Below are positions 9,894 to 18,728 of a stretch of DNA of 64,000 bases, piece by piece. The notes beneath the pieces are model-generated. The model made no database searches and was not told the DNA's origin. It saw only the letters and a list, made by a program, of their open reading frames with translations. Location of the stretch: the NCBI GenBank assembly GCA_021162805.1, contig JAGGXZ010000036.1:9985-73984 (forward strand), given 5' to 3'. The translations under genes were made by a program, and so were the position numbers. How positions within the stretch are numbered: the first letter of the stretch is position 1; each line of letters begins with the position of its first letter. The stretch comes from Candidatus Poribacteria bacterium. Its GTDB lineage: Bacteria > Poribacteria > WGA-4E > B28-G17.

Positions 9894-10958
9894 ATGAAGG
9901 TGATGTGGGTTTGTCTCACATTGATGCTGTTGATAACCCTCCAGCCCAGGGGGGGACGGGATTTACCCGATCCTCAAGATATACTGAGGCAGATGGTGGA
10001 GGCTGAGAGGAGAGCTGATTTCGTGGGGAGGCGCCTGGTGATAGGTTTCGGCGGACGATATAACATGGTTCGAGAGGAGAAAGTGATAAATAAATCACCG
10101 GATAAGCAACGCATCGAAGTGCTAGCCCCGCCTGAGATCGCGGGCTCCGGGTTGATCCGGCTGGGGAGACGGGAATGGCGTATACCTCCGAAGGCAAAGG
10201 GAAAACCGTTCGGACCTCCCCCATATCGTCCCGGTCCTCCACCTCCTAAATTCGGCCGCTCACAGAGGGAATTGGAACTGATGCTCCATAACTACTCGGT
10301 GGGGATAAGCCCGGGAGGGAGAATCGCCGGACGGAGGACCTATCTGCTGGAGATAAAGCCGAAACACAAAGGAAGACCGTCCAGGAGGATATGGGTGGAT
10401 GCCGAAAAGGGCCTGCCGCTTAGGGTGGAGAACTACAACTCCGAAGGCGAGCTCAGATTCCTCGTAGTGTATACCGAGATCTCCTTCCCATCAAAGATGG
10501 AAGATAAACTGTTTGTTCCCCCGAAGGAGGGCGTTGAGGGCGAAAGGAAATTTAGAGGACCATACGGCGGAGGAGAATTAAACCTTGAGGAGCTGAGACG
10601 GAAGATCTCATTCCGTATACTTATCCCGGAGTTCCTTCCCGACGGCTTTGAATTTCAAAGCGCCGGACTGATAAGATATCAAAGGCGGGAGATAGCCCAC
10701 CTGCGGTATACCGATGGACTGGTGCTGCTATCGCTGTTTGAAACGAGCGGTGGAAGGCCGGAAGGACGACATAGAGCCCGGGAGAGGGAGATGGAAAAGC
10801 CGATCCAGATACTGGGCCTGAGATGTGAGTTGTTCTATGACGGTCAGTTGCGCATATTGCGGTGGGAAAAGGGAGGTATTAACTTCACCTTGATAGGGGA
10901 TCTGAGTGAGGGGGATATGACCAAGGTCGCCGAATCCCTGATAGCACAATCACGGTGA
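9894..10958 (+). CDS. RseB/MucB- or LolA-like periplasmic protein completing the sigma/anti-sigma operon
   Basis: Signal peptide MKVMWVCLTLMLLITLQP starting 5 nt after anti-sigma stop (ORF track start 9846 is an upstream extension); Pro-rich linker; position typical of RseB. Confidence 0.5.
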   Translation: MKVMWVCLTLMLLITLQPRGGRDLPDPQDILRQMVEAERRADFVGRRLVIGFGGRYNMVREEKVINKSPDKQRIEVLAPPEIAGSGLIRLGRREWRIPPKAKGKPFGPPPYRPGPPPPKFGRSQRELELMLHNYSVGISPGGRIAGRRTYLLEIKPKHKGRPSRRIWVDAEKGLPLRVENYNSEGELRFLVVYTEISFPSKMEDKLFVPPKEGVEGERKFRGPYGGGELNLEELRRKISFRILIPEFLPDGFEFQSAGLIRYQRREIAHLRYTDGLVLLSLFETSGGRPEGRHRAREREMEKPIQILGLRCELFYDGQLRILRWEKGGINFTLIGDLSEGDMTKVAESLIAQSR

Positions 10959-11009
10959 AATCCATTTTTGAAGCGCAAATAAATCCATCGCGTGATAATA
11001 TGAGCGAGT

Positions 11010-12605
11010 TCAAAAGGCGGTGCCGAGACTGACATGGATCTTGCCGTTCAGGATGGAATCGCCGCGGGCCAGGCCATAGCAGAGATTTAGCCTCCCCGAT
11101 TGAGCCTCCAATCTCGCCCCGATGCCATAACTGATCTGGAGCTGAGGCGGATTCATCGTTCCTAAATCGACGAAGAGGAACAGATGAGATCCCAAACCGG
11201 TCAGAAACCTGTATTCCAGATTCGCATATGCCATCGATCCTCCTTGAAACCACCCCTCCGTGTATCCTCTCAGCGTGTTGGCTCCTCCTAAGCTGAAGAG
11301 CTCAAACGGCGGTATATCCCGCCCGAAAAGCCTGCCAAGGTGAGCTCCTAAAGCCAGCACCTGATTTCGCCGCGTGGATAGATAAATTTGCGCTCCAAAG
11401 GTAAGTCTCCCCAAACGGTAATCCCCCGCCGTTATCCCCAAATTAACGCTCTCAACATCCCCGGATGTTGGATTCAGCGCATAATCCCGCACATCACGCC
11501 TGAAACCAGCTTCAAATCTAACCGCCCTGTTCCTCATACCGTTCAGCTCGGCCGTCTCGTATGAGAACCCTCCCTTGATGAGATATCTGAAGTTCAATCT
11601 GCTGATAAGCGATATTCCATAGGATTTGAATCCCGCCTGACGTTCATACCTCAAACTTAGATCGATCGGTCTGCCCAAGATCCAGGGCTCAAGATATCGG
11701 AACTCGATCCGTTTCGACTCAGCCGAACGCCACTCGAAATGAAGCGCTCTTCCGCTGCCGAGTATGTTCGTCTCATCGATGAAGATCGTCCCTGTCAATT
11801 TCGCCCTACCTCCGGGAGTGATCGGTGGGGCGTATCCCAGCAGGCCCTCGATTCTCCCGCTGTGGGCCTCCGTCACGTGGGGATTGAATATGACCTCACC
11901 CGGCCTCTCACTTCTCTCGATCGCCTTCGGCTCCACATCATATATGTAGGGCATGTTCCTGAGCAGACGGATCGACTCATCGACAAGGCTCTGTCGATAC
12001 GGCATGCCCGCTCTGATGGGAAGCTGACGGAGTATCACCTTGGGCTTGGTCTTCTTAAGCCCCGTCACCCTGACGTCAGCTATCCTAACCGGATCTCCCT
12101 CATCGATCATTATATCAAAGTTGAGCTTCGATCGATCCTTGGAGAGCCGAAATTCAGTTAGGCTCATGCGTGCGAGCGGATATCCCTTTTCGGCGTAGAT
12201 CCTGAGAACCCGCTCGATCCCCTCATTGATTCTTCCAACGTCGAATTCCCCTCCCAGTTTCAACGCTCTCCTGATCTCCTTCTCGCTTAGGATCGAATTT
12301 CCAACGATCCGTATATCCCCGATCTTGACCCTTCTCCCCTCGTTCACCTTCAGGGTCAGCTTCATTCCCCCTTTGCCGCTCGGCTGAAACGAGTAATCGA
12401 TAGACGCAAAGAGATATCCGCGCCTGACATATTCCCTAAGTACCTTGGAGATCGCCGGTTCAATCTCCTCCTTTGAGACCTCCCCGCCTGGCGTGAGCTG
12501 GAGAGTTCGAAGCAGATCTGCCCTTGAGATGATCTTATTTCCGGTTATCTCGATCGAATCCACCTTCACAGCGGCGATGATGAACGTGAGGGTGATTATG
12601 ATCAT
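11010..12605 (-). CDS. Omp85-family outer-membrane protein (BamA/TamA-like) with POTRA domains and C-terminal D15/surface-antigen beta-barrel
   Basis: 531 aa; POTRA-like repeats (IRIVGNSILSEKEIRRALKL…), C-terminal barrel ending …KIHVSLGTAF (aromatic terminus). Confidence 0.85.
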   Translation of the reverse strand: MIIITLTFIIAAVKVDSIEITGNKIISRADLLRTLQLTPGGEVSKEEIEPAISKVLREYVRRGYLFASIDYSFQPSGKGGMKLTLKVNEGRRVKIGDIRIVGNSILSEKEIRRALKLGGEFDVGRINEGIERVLRIYAEKGYPLARMSLTEFRLSKDRSKLNFDIMIDEGDPVRIADVRVTGLKKTKPKVILRQLPIRAGMPYRQSLVDESIRLLRNMPYIYDVEPKAIERSERPGEVIFNPHVTEAHSGRIEGLLGYAPPITPGGRAKLTGTIFIDETNILGSGRALHFEWRSAESKRIEFRYLEPWILGRPIDLSLRYERQAGFKSYGISLISRLNFRYLIKGGFSYETAELNGMRNRAVRFEAGFRRDVRDYALNPTSGDVESVNLGITAGDYRLGRLTFGAQIYLSTRRNQVLALGAHLGRLFGRDIPPFELFSLGGANTLRGYTEGWFQGGSMAYANLEYRFLTGLGSHLFLFVDLGTMNPPQLQISYGIGARLEAQSGRLNLCYGLARGDSILNGKIHVSLGTAF

Positions 12606-12608
12606 GGG

Positions 12609-13355
12609 TCAGACCTCTGTCGGTTGATCCTCTTTTCTGCCTATGAAGTAAACGGCCGAGGCTATCAGGTGGGAGTTAGGTAGTCTGATGAGGATCGGGT
12701 CGAGAATGATAACCATTGGGAAGGTGATCCAGCCGAAGATGAGCGAGATCGCCTTACCGATCCAAAAATTACCGAAGGAAAGTGCGATCCCCACCAACTC
12801 GCGCATCACCCAATGTAGGGCGCTCGCTGGCCCCACACACGGCCCGGACTCGATCCTCCGGAAATCCGAGAGCAATTTCTCCAGGCCGGTCACCGTATAT
12901 CGCTGATAATCGTTCGGTGAGGCATGATACCCTTGTATGAAGGGCACCGCCACACAGATGTATCCTCCGGGTTTTAGAACTCTCCGGATCTCATAGATCA
13001 CAGCTTTCGGATCGGGCACGTGTTCCAGCACTGCCTCGCTTATGACGGCGTCGAACGATTCATCTTTGAACGGCAGCATCGCTCCGTCGCCTATCACGTC
13101 CACATTCGGAAATGGCTCGATATCCAGGTTAACCACACTTGACGCCCACCTTCGGTTACCGGAGCCCAGATCAAGGGCGATCCCCTCATCGCCTATCTCC
13201 CTGAGGATCCTCCTTACGGCTTTATCCCACCTAGGTGCCCTGTAGGGACATCCGGAGAGATTCCAGAGTATTCTGTTTCTGCGGAGGAAGGATTTCAGGC
13301 TCGACTCAACACCCTCCGATATACGTCGAGGTATCTCTCGGCTATCCTGGCCCAA
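12609..13355 (-). CDS. class I SAM-dependent methyltransferase (Methyltransf_11-like) with C-terminal TM segment
   Basis: LDLGSGNRRW (motif I), FDAVISEAVLEHV, VLKPGGYICVAVPF (motif post-II); 60-nt overlap with downstream GT4 ORF suggests the true start is uncertain. Confidence 0.7.
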   Translation of the reverse strand: MGQDSREIPRRISEGVESSLKSFLRRNRILWNLSGCPYRAPRWDKAVRRILREIGDEGIALDLGSGNRRWASSVVNLDIEPFPNVDVIGDGAMLPFKDESFDAVISEAVLEHVPDPKAVIYEIRRVLKPGGYICVAVPFIQGYHASPNDYQRYTVTGLEKLLSDFRRIESGPCVGPASALHWVMRELVGIALSFGNFWIGKAISLIFGWITFPMVIILDPILIRLPNSHLIASAVYFIGRKEDQPTEV

Positions 13356-14440
13356 TCGTATCTCTCGACCGATCTGATCGCCTCGGCGCCCATCCTGATT
13401 CTGGCCTGGCCGTCCTCTATCAGGAGCGAGATCCTATCGGCGAGCGCCTGAGAATCAGAGGGATCCTCGATCAGGTATCCGTTTACCCCGTCGTGAACCA
13501 GCTCCTCGATCCCCTGCACTTTAGTGGCGACGACGGGCAATCCCATAGCCATCGCCTCAAGCACGACCAGAGGCATTCCTTCGGCCGAGGAACAGAGCGT
13601 AAAAAGATCGGCTGATTCATACCTCTTATGAAGCCTTTCATACGGGATGGTCCCCGAAAAGACCACGAGATCATCGACCTTGAGCTTTTTTGCAAGCTCT
13701 TTCAGCTCATCCATCATGGGGCCATCCCCGACGATCTCCACTGTGAACTTTCTCCCCGTCATCCCCCTCAGGTGAGGCAGGGCGGATATCAGATGATGGA
13801 ACCCTTTGCGCGGGATGAGTCTTCCTATTGAGAGAACCCTGACCACGTCCGGCTCGGCCTCGCGTTTTGGCGCGTGGAATCGAGATAGATCTATGCCATC
13901 CGGTATGACCTCTATCCGTGTCTCCGGATCGGTCCGCAGAGCTAGCTTCCTCAATCCTTCGCTACATGCGATGACTGCCCCGGCCGAACGCCATATCGCC
14001 CTTATGGCCGGTTTGAGGATCGGATAGAGGTAACGATAGTAAGGAGGATCGGGGTTAGGTCTGGGCACATCCCTGCCGCCCAGGAACACGACGTACGGAT
14101 ATCCCGTCGTCTTACCTATCGCGTATGCCACGGGACCTGATGGGATGCCGAAGAAAACCTGAACGATATCCGGACGGATGACGGGGACATATCTGAACGA
14201 CCAGACAAGGGCACTCAGGATGTAGGTGAACATCTCATGCACTTTAGCTACGTTCGGGCTTCTCCGGATCACCGGAACCCGATAAACCTTAACCCCATCG
14301 ATGATCTCATGCCGTGGCAGTCGATCGAAATGGGACGTGACCAAGGTGACATCATGACCCCGCCTTGCGAACTCCCTCCCGAGATATCTGGTAACGATCC
14401 CGCCTCCACCACCTATGGGGGGGAATTCGTAATTGACCAT
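13295..14440 (-). CDS. GT4-family glycosyltransferase (GT-B fold)
   Basis: 381 aa; N-term MVNYEFPPIGGGGGIVTRYLGREFARRGHDV and C-term EGMPLVVLEAMAMGLPVVATKVQGIEELV (E-x7-E motif region). Confidence 0.85.
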   Translation of the reverse strand: MVNYEFPPIGGGGGIVTRYLGREFARRGHDVTLVTSHFDRLPRHEIIDGVKVYRVPVIRRSPNVAKVHEMFTYILSALVWSFRYVPVIRPDIVQVFFGIPSGPVAYAIGKTTGYPYVVFLGGRDVPRPNPDPPYYRYLYPILKPAIRAIWRSAGAVIACSEGLRKLALRTDPETRIEVIPDGIDLSRFHAPKREAEPDVVRVLSIGRLIPRKGFHHLISALPHLRGMTGRKFTVEIVGDGPMMDELKELAKKLKVDDLVVFSGTIPYERLHKRYESADLFTLCSSAEGMPLVVLEAMAMGLPVVATKVQGIEELVHDGVNGYLIEDPSDSQALADRISLLIEDGQARIRMGAEAIRSVERYDWARIAERYLDVYRRVLSRA

Positions 14441-14459
14441 CAGTATTCGCAGCTTCCTA

Positions 14460-15344
14460 TCATCGACTTTTATACCGCGATCTATCTACATTACCTCCAT
14501 ATCTGAGAACATAGAAGATGACGTTGGTCATGAATCTATATACGTCATTCGACCTTCGTCGGGCCAGCAGGGTTCGGCTTGGCACCTCAACCGTTTCCAT
14601 ACAGCACATGTAATCCTTTCGGTTATATATAACGGCCCATCTCCCCTTGATCTTGATCCCCCGTATGTAGGGGAAAAGCGATTGTGCCTTGATGTTCTCT
14701 GACCCCCAGAAGACATCCCCCCCGGTAGGAGGTCCGGGGAGCTTGTAGTAGATCTTGAAAATCCTGTCGGTCCGCCGTATGGGTTCTATCTGATACTCAG
14801 GTAGGGTCAATCTCAGTTCCTCCCTCACCCTACCAGCGAAAAGGCCCTTGAAACCACAGTCGTCGAAGAAGAGCGTGCCCTTCCTCTCGACGAGATACTT
14901 CCGAAGCATCCTTCTCTCCTGTGGGGTCAAAGATGTGACGAGCCTGAAGGGTGGGCCGTTCCTGCCATCCCTTTCGAGGTTATGCTGGAAGACCACCCCT
15001 TCATCGTGTCCCGTCATGATGATCAGCGGTGCATCTAGTATTCTGGGATCGGTCAGCTCGAGTGAGCCATCGCCTATCCGCATATCGGCTCTGATCCTGG
15101 TTCTGGTCTGAAGCCACTCGATCAAACCGGTAAGCGCCGTCGGATCCTGCCACCAGTCCGCCATCCTGTGTTTTAACCTCACCAACCTGATAAACCCATC
15201 GGCGTTTAAGCCTCTCCCTATCAACACGCCCCCAAGTTTACCCGGCGGAAGCGACGGACCGGACTCATCGGTCTCCCCAAAGGATGAAGAAGGCCCCATG
15301 AAAGCGATAGACAAACCGACCATGCATATGATGATCCCTTTCAT
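14460..15344 (-). CDS. DUF4159-like protein (GATase1-like fold family), secreted; paralog of 15831-17192
   Basis: 294 aa with signal peptide; shares long blocks (GFIRLVRLKHRMADWWQDPTAL, TGHDE, GTLFFDDCGF..LFAGRVREEL, GPPTGGD.FWGSEN, GRWAVIYNRKDY.CCMET) with the paralog; family assigned from memory. Confidence 0.5.
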   Translation of the reverse strand: MKGIIICMVGLSIAFMGPSSSFGETDESGPSLPPGKLGGVLIGRGLNADGFIRLVRLKHRMADWWQDPTALTGLIEWLQTRTRIRADMRIGDGSLELTDPRILDAPLIIMTGHDEGVVFQHNLERDGRNGPPFRLVTSLTPQERRMLRKYLVERKGTLFFDDCGFKGLFAGRVREELRLTLPEYQIEPIRRTDRIFKIYYKLPGPPTGGDVFWGSENIKAQSLFPYIRGIKIKGRWAVIYNRKDYMCCMETVEVPSRTLLARRRSNDVYRFMTNVIFYVLRYGGNVDRSRYKSR

Positions 15345-15354
15345 CTTTCCCGCT

Positions 15355-15591
15355 CTACTCAGCTTTCAGGGCAACAGGTACTCGGGCGATAAGGCGTATA
15401 TCGTCCTGAGGCACTTGCTGCCCTTCCTCCGATAACACTTCCAGATGTAAGGTGATAGCCTCCCTCACGTTCTGCAGTGCTTCTTCAATCGTCTCACCTT
15501 GTGAGAAACATCCCGGCAGCGCCGGTACCTCCACCCAATATCCTCCCTCTTCAGCATCGTGAATGATAACGGTATAATCCATTGACTCCAC
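15355..15591 (-). CDS. hicB: HicB-family antitoxin (UPF0150)
   Basis: 78 aa; YTVIIHDAEEGGYWVEVPALPGCFSQGETIEEALQNVREAI is the canonical HicB RNase-H-like N-domain; GTG/ATG start. Confidence 0.8.
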   Translation of the reverse strand: MESMDYTVIIHDAEEGGYWVEVPALPGCFSQGETIEEALQNVREAITLHLEVLSEEGQQVPQDDIRLIARVPVALKAE

Positions 15592-15592
15592 C

Positions 15593-15783
15593 TCATAGTA
15601 GATTGATGAATTCTTCCTCAGTTAATCCTGCTTTACGAATAGCTGCCTTGAGCAAACCAACTTTAATTTCCCCTGTAACAGGAATAGTGATCAATTGTCC
15701 ATTTGGCATTTTGATGTTAACATGACTGCCTTTCCCTTGCGAACTTCACCCCCCCGCTCGTTTAAAGGCTCTGACAGCTTCAT
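15593..15783 (-). pseudogene. hicA: hicA toxin gene with a -1 frameshift (GGG->GG) early in the ORF
   Basis: Minus-strand ATG AAG CTG TCA GAG CCT TTA AAC GAG CGG GGG GGT GAA GTT CGC AAG GGA AAG G|CA… gives MKLSEPLNERGGEVRKGK then stops after 29 codons; shifting one base restores GKGSHVNIKMPNGQLITIPVTGEIKVGLLKAAIRKAGLTEEEFINLL* (HicA GSH…ILKQAGL architecture), ending 1 nt before hicB start; 191 nt, not a multiple of 3. Confidence 0.65.
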
Positions 15784-15830
15784 ATCCTTTTATACCTCGT
15801 AATAAACGTCCCTGCATCTTTATCATTCAC

Positions 15831-17192
15831 TTACGGCTTATACTGAGATCTATCCACGTTACCTCCATACTTCATGGCGTAGAAGAGGAGGTTCGTCATG
15901 AACTTATGCACGTCGGTCGATCGACGCAGTCTCAGCAACGTTCTGCTCGGTATCTCCATCGTCTCCATGCAGCAGAGGTAATCCTTCCGGTTGTAGATAA
16001 CCGCCCATCTTCCGTTTATTTTAACCCCCCATTGATACGGGAACTGGGAGGCATGTGGATTGTTCTCCGAGCCCCAGAAGATATCCCCGCCCGTCGGTGG
16101 ACCGGGCAGGGTATAATAGACGCTGTAAAGCTCATCGTTTTTATCTATGATCTGGAGCGGATATTCGGGCAGTGCCCTCCTGAGCTCCTCTCTGACCCTT
16201 CCGGCGAACAGCCCGTGAAATCCACAGTCATCGAAGAAAAGGGTGCCTTTTCTGTCGATCAGATACTTCCGTAGGGCGGCCCTCTCCTCGGGGGTGAACT
16301 CCTGGGCGAGCTGGAACTTGGCGCCTTTCTGCCCGTCGCTGTTCATGTGATGGTTCAAAACCACATCCTCATCATGTCCCGTCATAATGACCAGCGGAGC
16401 GTCCAGTATCCTCGGATCGGTCAGTTCGAGCGCTCCTCCCTCGATGCGCATGTCGGCCTTTAGCCTTGTGTGCTCCTCAAGCCAGTCGATGAAGCTGGCC
16501 AACGCCGTCGGGTCCTGCCACCAGTCCGCCATCCTATGCTTCAGCCTTACGATTCTGATGAACCCCATCACGTCCTTCCCCTTCCCGACCAGAACGGCGC
16601 CGAGTTTCCCTTCGGGGATATAGTAGAGCTTCGCCATATCACCGCTCAGTTCCCCACCGAGATCCACCTCGCCGGAGGTATTAACCAGCGACAATCCGGG
16701 CTGTTTGTTTATGCCGAGAGCTCTGACCCTTCCCGTCTGGAATCCCTTTCCAATCTTCAATCCTTTAGGCGATCCACCTGAGGGCGACAGGGAGATATCC
16801 CCGATCTTGGCGGGGATTTTAGCGGTGGTGTCCAGCTTGTTGACCATCCCCAGCTCCTTATCGGCGTTGACGTCGAGGCTACGGGGGATGATGTTAGGCG
16901 CCTTGGCGACGACCTCGGAGATCACGTTATCGGACTGAACGGATAACTTCGGGACGTTTTTATCCTCGAGATCCCTTTCAATGTCGAACTTAGGCTTGAT
17001 CGTCTTGGTCAACGGCCTTCTCGGCGGCCTCACCCTGTAATTGGACATATCGACCAGTTCGATCCAGGCGCCTGATCCCTCATTATAGGTCGTCCTTATG
17101 GCTAAACCCAGGATTATTATCCCTATCAGGTGCGCGACCAAGGCTATGAGAAAGGCCGATGTGGTCGGCCTCCTTTTGAACATCTCTCTCAC
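15831..17192 (-). CDS. membrane-anchored DUF4159-like protein (N-terminal TM helix, ~200-aa linker, C-terminal DUF4159-like domain)
   Basis: 453 aa; TM SAFLIALVAHLIGIIILGLAI; C-terminal half collinear with 14460-15344 paralog. Confidence 0.5.
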   Translation of the reverse strand: MREMFKRRPTTSAFLIALVAHLIGIIILGLAIRTTYNEGSGAWIELVDMSNYRVRPPRRPLTKTIKPKFDIERDLEDKNVPKLSVQSDNVISEVVAKAPNIIPRSLDVNADKELGMVNKLDTTAKIPAKIGDISLSPSGGSPKGLKIGKGFQTGRVRALGINKQPGLSLVNTSGEVDLGGELSGDMAKLYYIPEGKLGAVLVGKGKDVMGFIRIVRLKHRMADWWQDPTALASFIDWLEEHTRLKADMRIEGGALELTDPRILDAPLVIMTGHDEDVVLNHHMNSDGQKGAKFQLAQEFTPEERAALRKYLIDRKGTLFFDDCGFHGLFAGRVREELRRALPEYPLQIIDKNDELYSVYYTLPGPPTGGDIFWGSENNPHASQFPYQWGVKINGRWAVIYNRKDYLCCMETMEIPSRTLLRLRRSTDVHKFMTNLLFYAMKYGGNVDRSQYKP

Positions 17193-18411
17193 CTTCTTTT
17201 ATATGTATCTTCAATCTGATTTTATCCCCTTTACCATCTTCTATGTCGGCTGAAAGCCTCTCCATATATCCCAGTGGGGTCAAACTTCCCAGCGATTCAT
17301 ACACCAGCTTGGATCTCCTATCCTTACTTGCAAGGGCGGCTAAGGAGAACATCAGAGAGAACTTCTTTATCTCACGGCTCAGATTCCGCAGGTCGACTTC
17401 GAGATGTCCAACCGGATCGATCTTCACGTTCCAATCGGCATCCCTCAAAAATAAGGCCACTCTTTCAACGGATTCCAGAGGTGTTCCGATGACAACCTTG
17501 CCCTTTAAACGGATATATCCTGCCGATATCGGGACGGGGATCGGGCCGGATATCCGAAGGGGTGAGATCTCAATCTCATCTCTTTTCACCTTGGGCATCT
17601 CCTTTATCGTCATTCCCTTCCTCAGCAGAAGGGATCTGAGCCATTCCAGTCCCTTATCATCCGTTACGACCGTTACGCTTGGTGACATTCCTCCCCCAGG
17701 TGAGAGAAACAGGGCGTCGATATGTCCGGTCCGGAGATAGAGGGTCAATAAGGCGTCAGGGGGTTGGGGCGGCAGGAAATCACCCTTTTCGGCCGATGGC
17801 AGTGGAATTCCGGATATTCGCAGTTCGTTCTCTGAGATTATCTCATCTCCGAGGTTTCGATTGACCGAGATCCACTCCCCTTCGGCGACCTTCAAGGTGT
17901 CTAAGTCGACGTAGAGGGAGAGATCTGATTTCACAAGCGATCGGGCGATCTCCGGCCTTCGCCTGGCGAAGCAATCGCCGCCATCCCGATAGAGATCTAT
18001 CGATCTCTTAAGCAAGCCCTTATCCGTGCTGAGAAGGCCGAGCTTCCCGATAAAGGTATAATGAAACCTACGTGGAAATCCGGAGTTGACCGTGGTGATG
18101 TTACATCCTCTATACCTCTCGTTCGTTATCCCATAGTAGTTCTTCGAGGCGGTTGCCTGTGAGGTGGTGATCTCAACCTTCCCCTGGGATGATACGAAGG
18201 ATGCCATAAAGAGCTCCGTCCTACCCTTACGGTAGAGGGCCAGGACGCTCCTGTCACCGGCCACCTTTCTAAGATCTTCGATTTTAAATGGGACTCCAAA
18301 CCCGAACTCCCACATCTTTAGCTGCCATTTCATCTCCCTCCACCATTCCCTCCCCTTGATGTATCTCGCTATGGGGGTTTCGGATATCTCTCTGGCGAAA
18401 TCCGACTTCAT
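17083..18411 (-). CDS. hypothetical protein (442 aa), first gene of the minus-strand array; start uncertain
   Basis: Long ORF with no recognisable motif; 3' end overlaps next gene by 110 nt in a different frame; in-frame upstream 60 codons encode a signal-anchor helix (KRKLFFIIPVLIISVAAAGYISF) after a perfect SD GGAGGTGATC but contain no ATG/GTG/TTG. Confidence 0.4.
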   Translation of the reverse strand: MKSDFAREISETPIARYIKGREWWREMKWQLKMWEFGFGVPFKIEDLRKVAGDRSVLALYRKGRTELFMASFVSSQGKVEITTSQATASKNYYGITNERYRGCNITTVNSGFPRRFHYTFIGKLGLLSTDKGLLKRSIDLYRDGGDCFARRRPEIARSLVKSDLSLYVDLDTLKVAEGEWISVNRNLGDEIISENELRISGIPLPSAEKGDFLPPQPPDALLTLYLRTGHIDALFLSPGGGMSPSVTVVTDDKGLEWLRSLLLRKGMTIKEMPKVKRDEIEISPLRISGPIPVPISAGYIRLKGKVVIGTPLESVERVALFLRDADWNVKIDPVGHLEVDLRNLSREIKKFSLMFSLAALASKDRRSKLVYESLGSLTPLGYMERLSADIEDGKGDKIRLKIHIKEGERDVQKEADHIGLSHSLGRAPDRDNNPGFSHKDDL

Positions 18412-18728
18412 GATTTCTTCGGCGATTTGAGCGAAGTTGGAGGATGTGAGGCAGAGAAAAGGGCTACCGGGAACGATATAGATCAGCTCGGCCCGTGGCT
18501 TATAAAAATATCTAAATGATATATATCCCGCTGCGGCGACCGATATTATGAGAACCGGTATGATGAAGAAAAGCTTCCTTTTGATCTTCGATCACCTCCG
18601 GATCGGCATCATAGTAAATCTTACCATAAGGGTGGGTTGAATCTCAACATCTTATGCACGGGCGGAGGTTTTATGCTATAATTTACACGAAGCATAACAG
18701 CCGCCGTTACTTTGGAGGAGAAGGGTAG

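Noticed and set aside
15745-15756. C7/G7 homopolymer near hicA start as phase-variation site
   Set aside because: Reading through it keeps the HicA N-terminus in frame (…NERGGEV…). The actual frame loss maps ~20 nt downstream in a GG/GGG run, so the homopolymer is not the switch.
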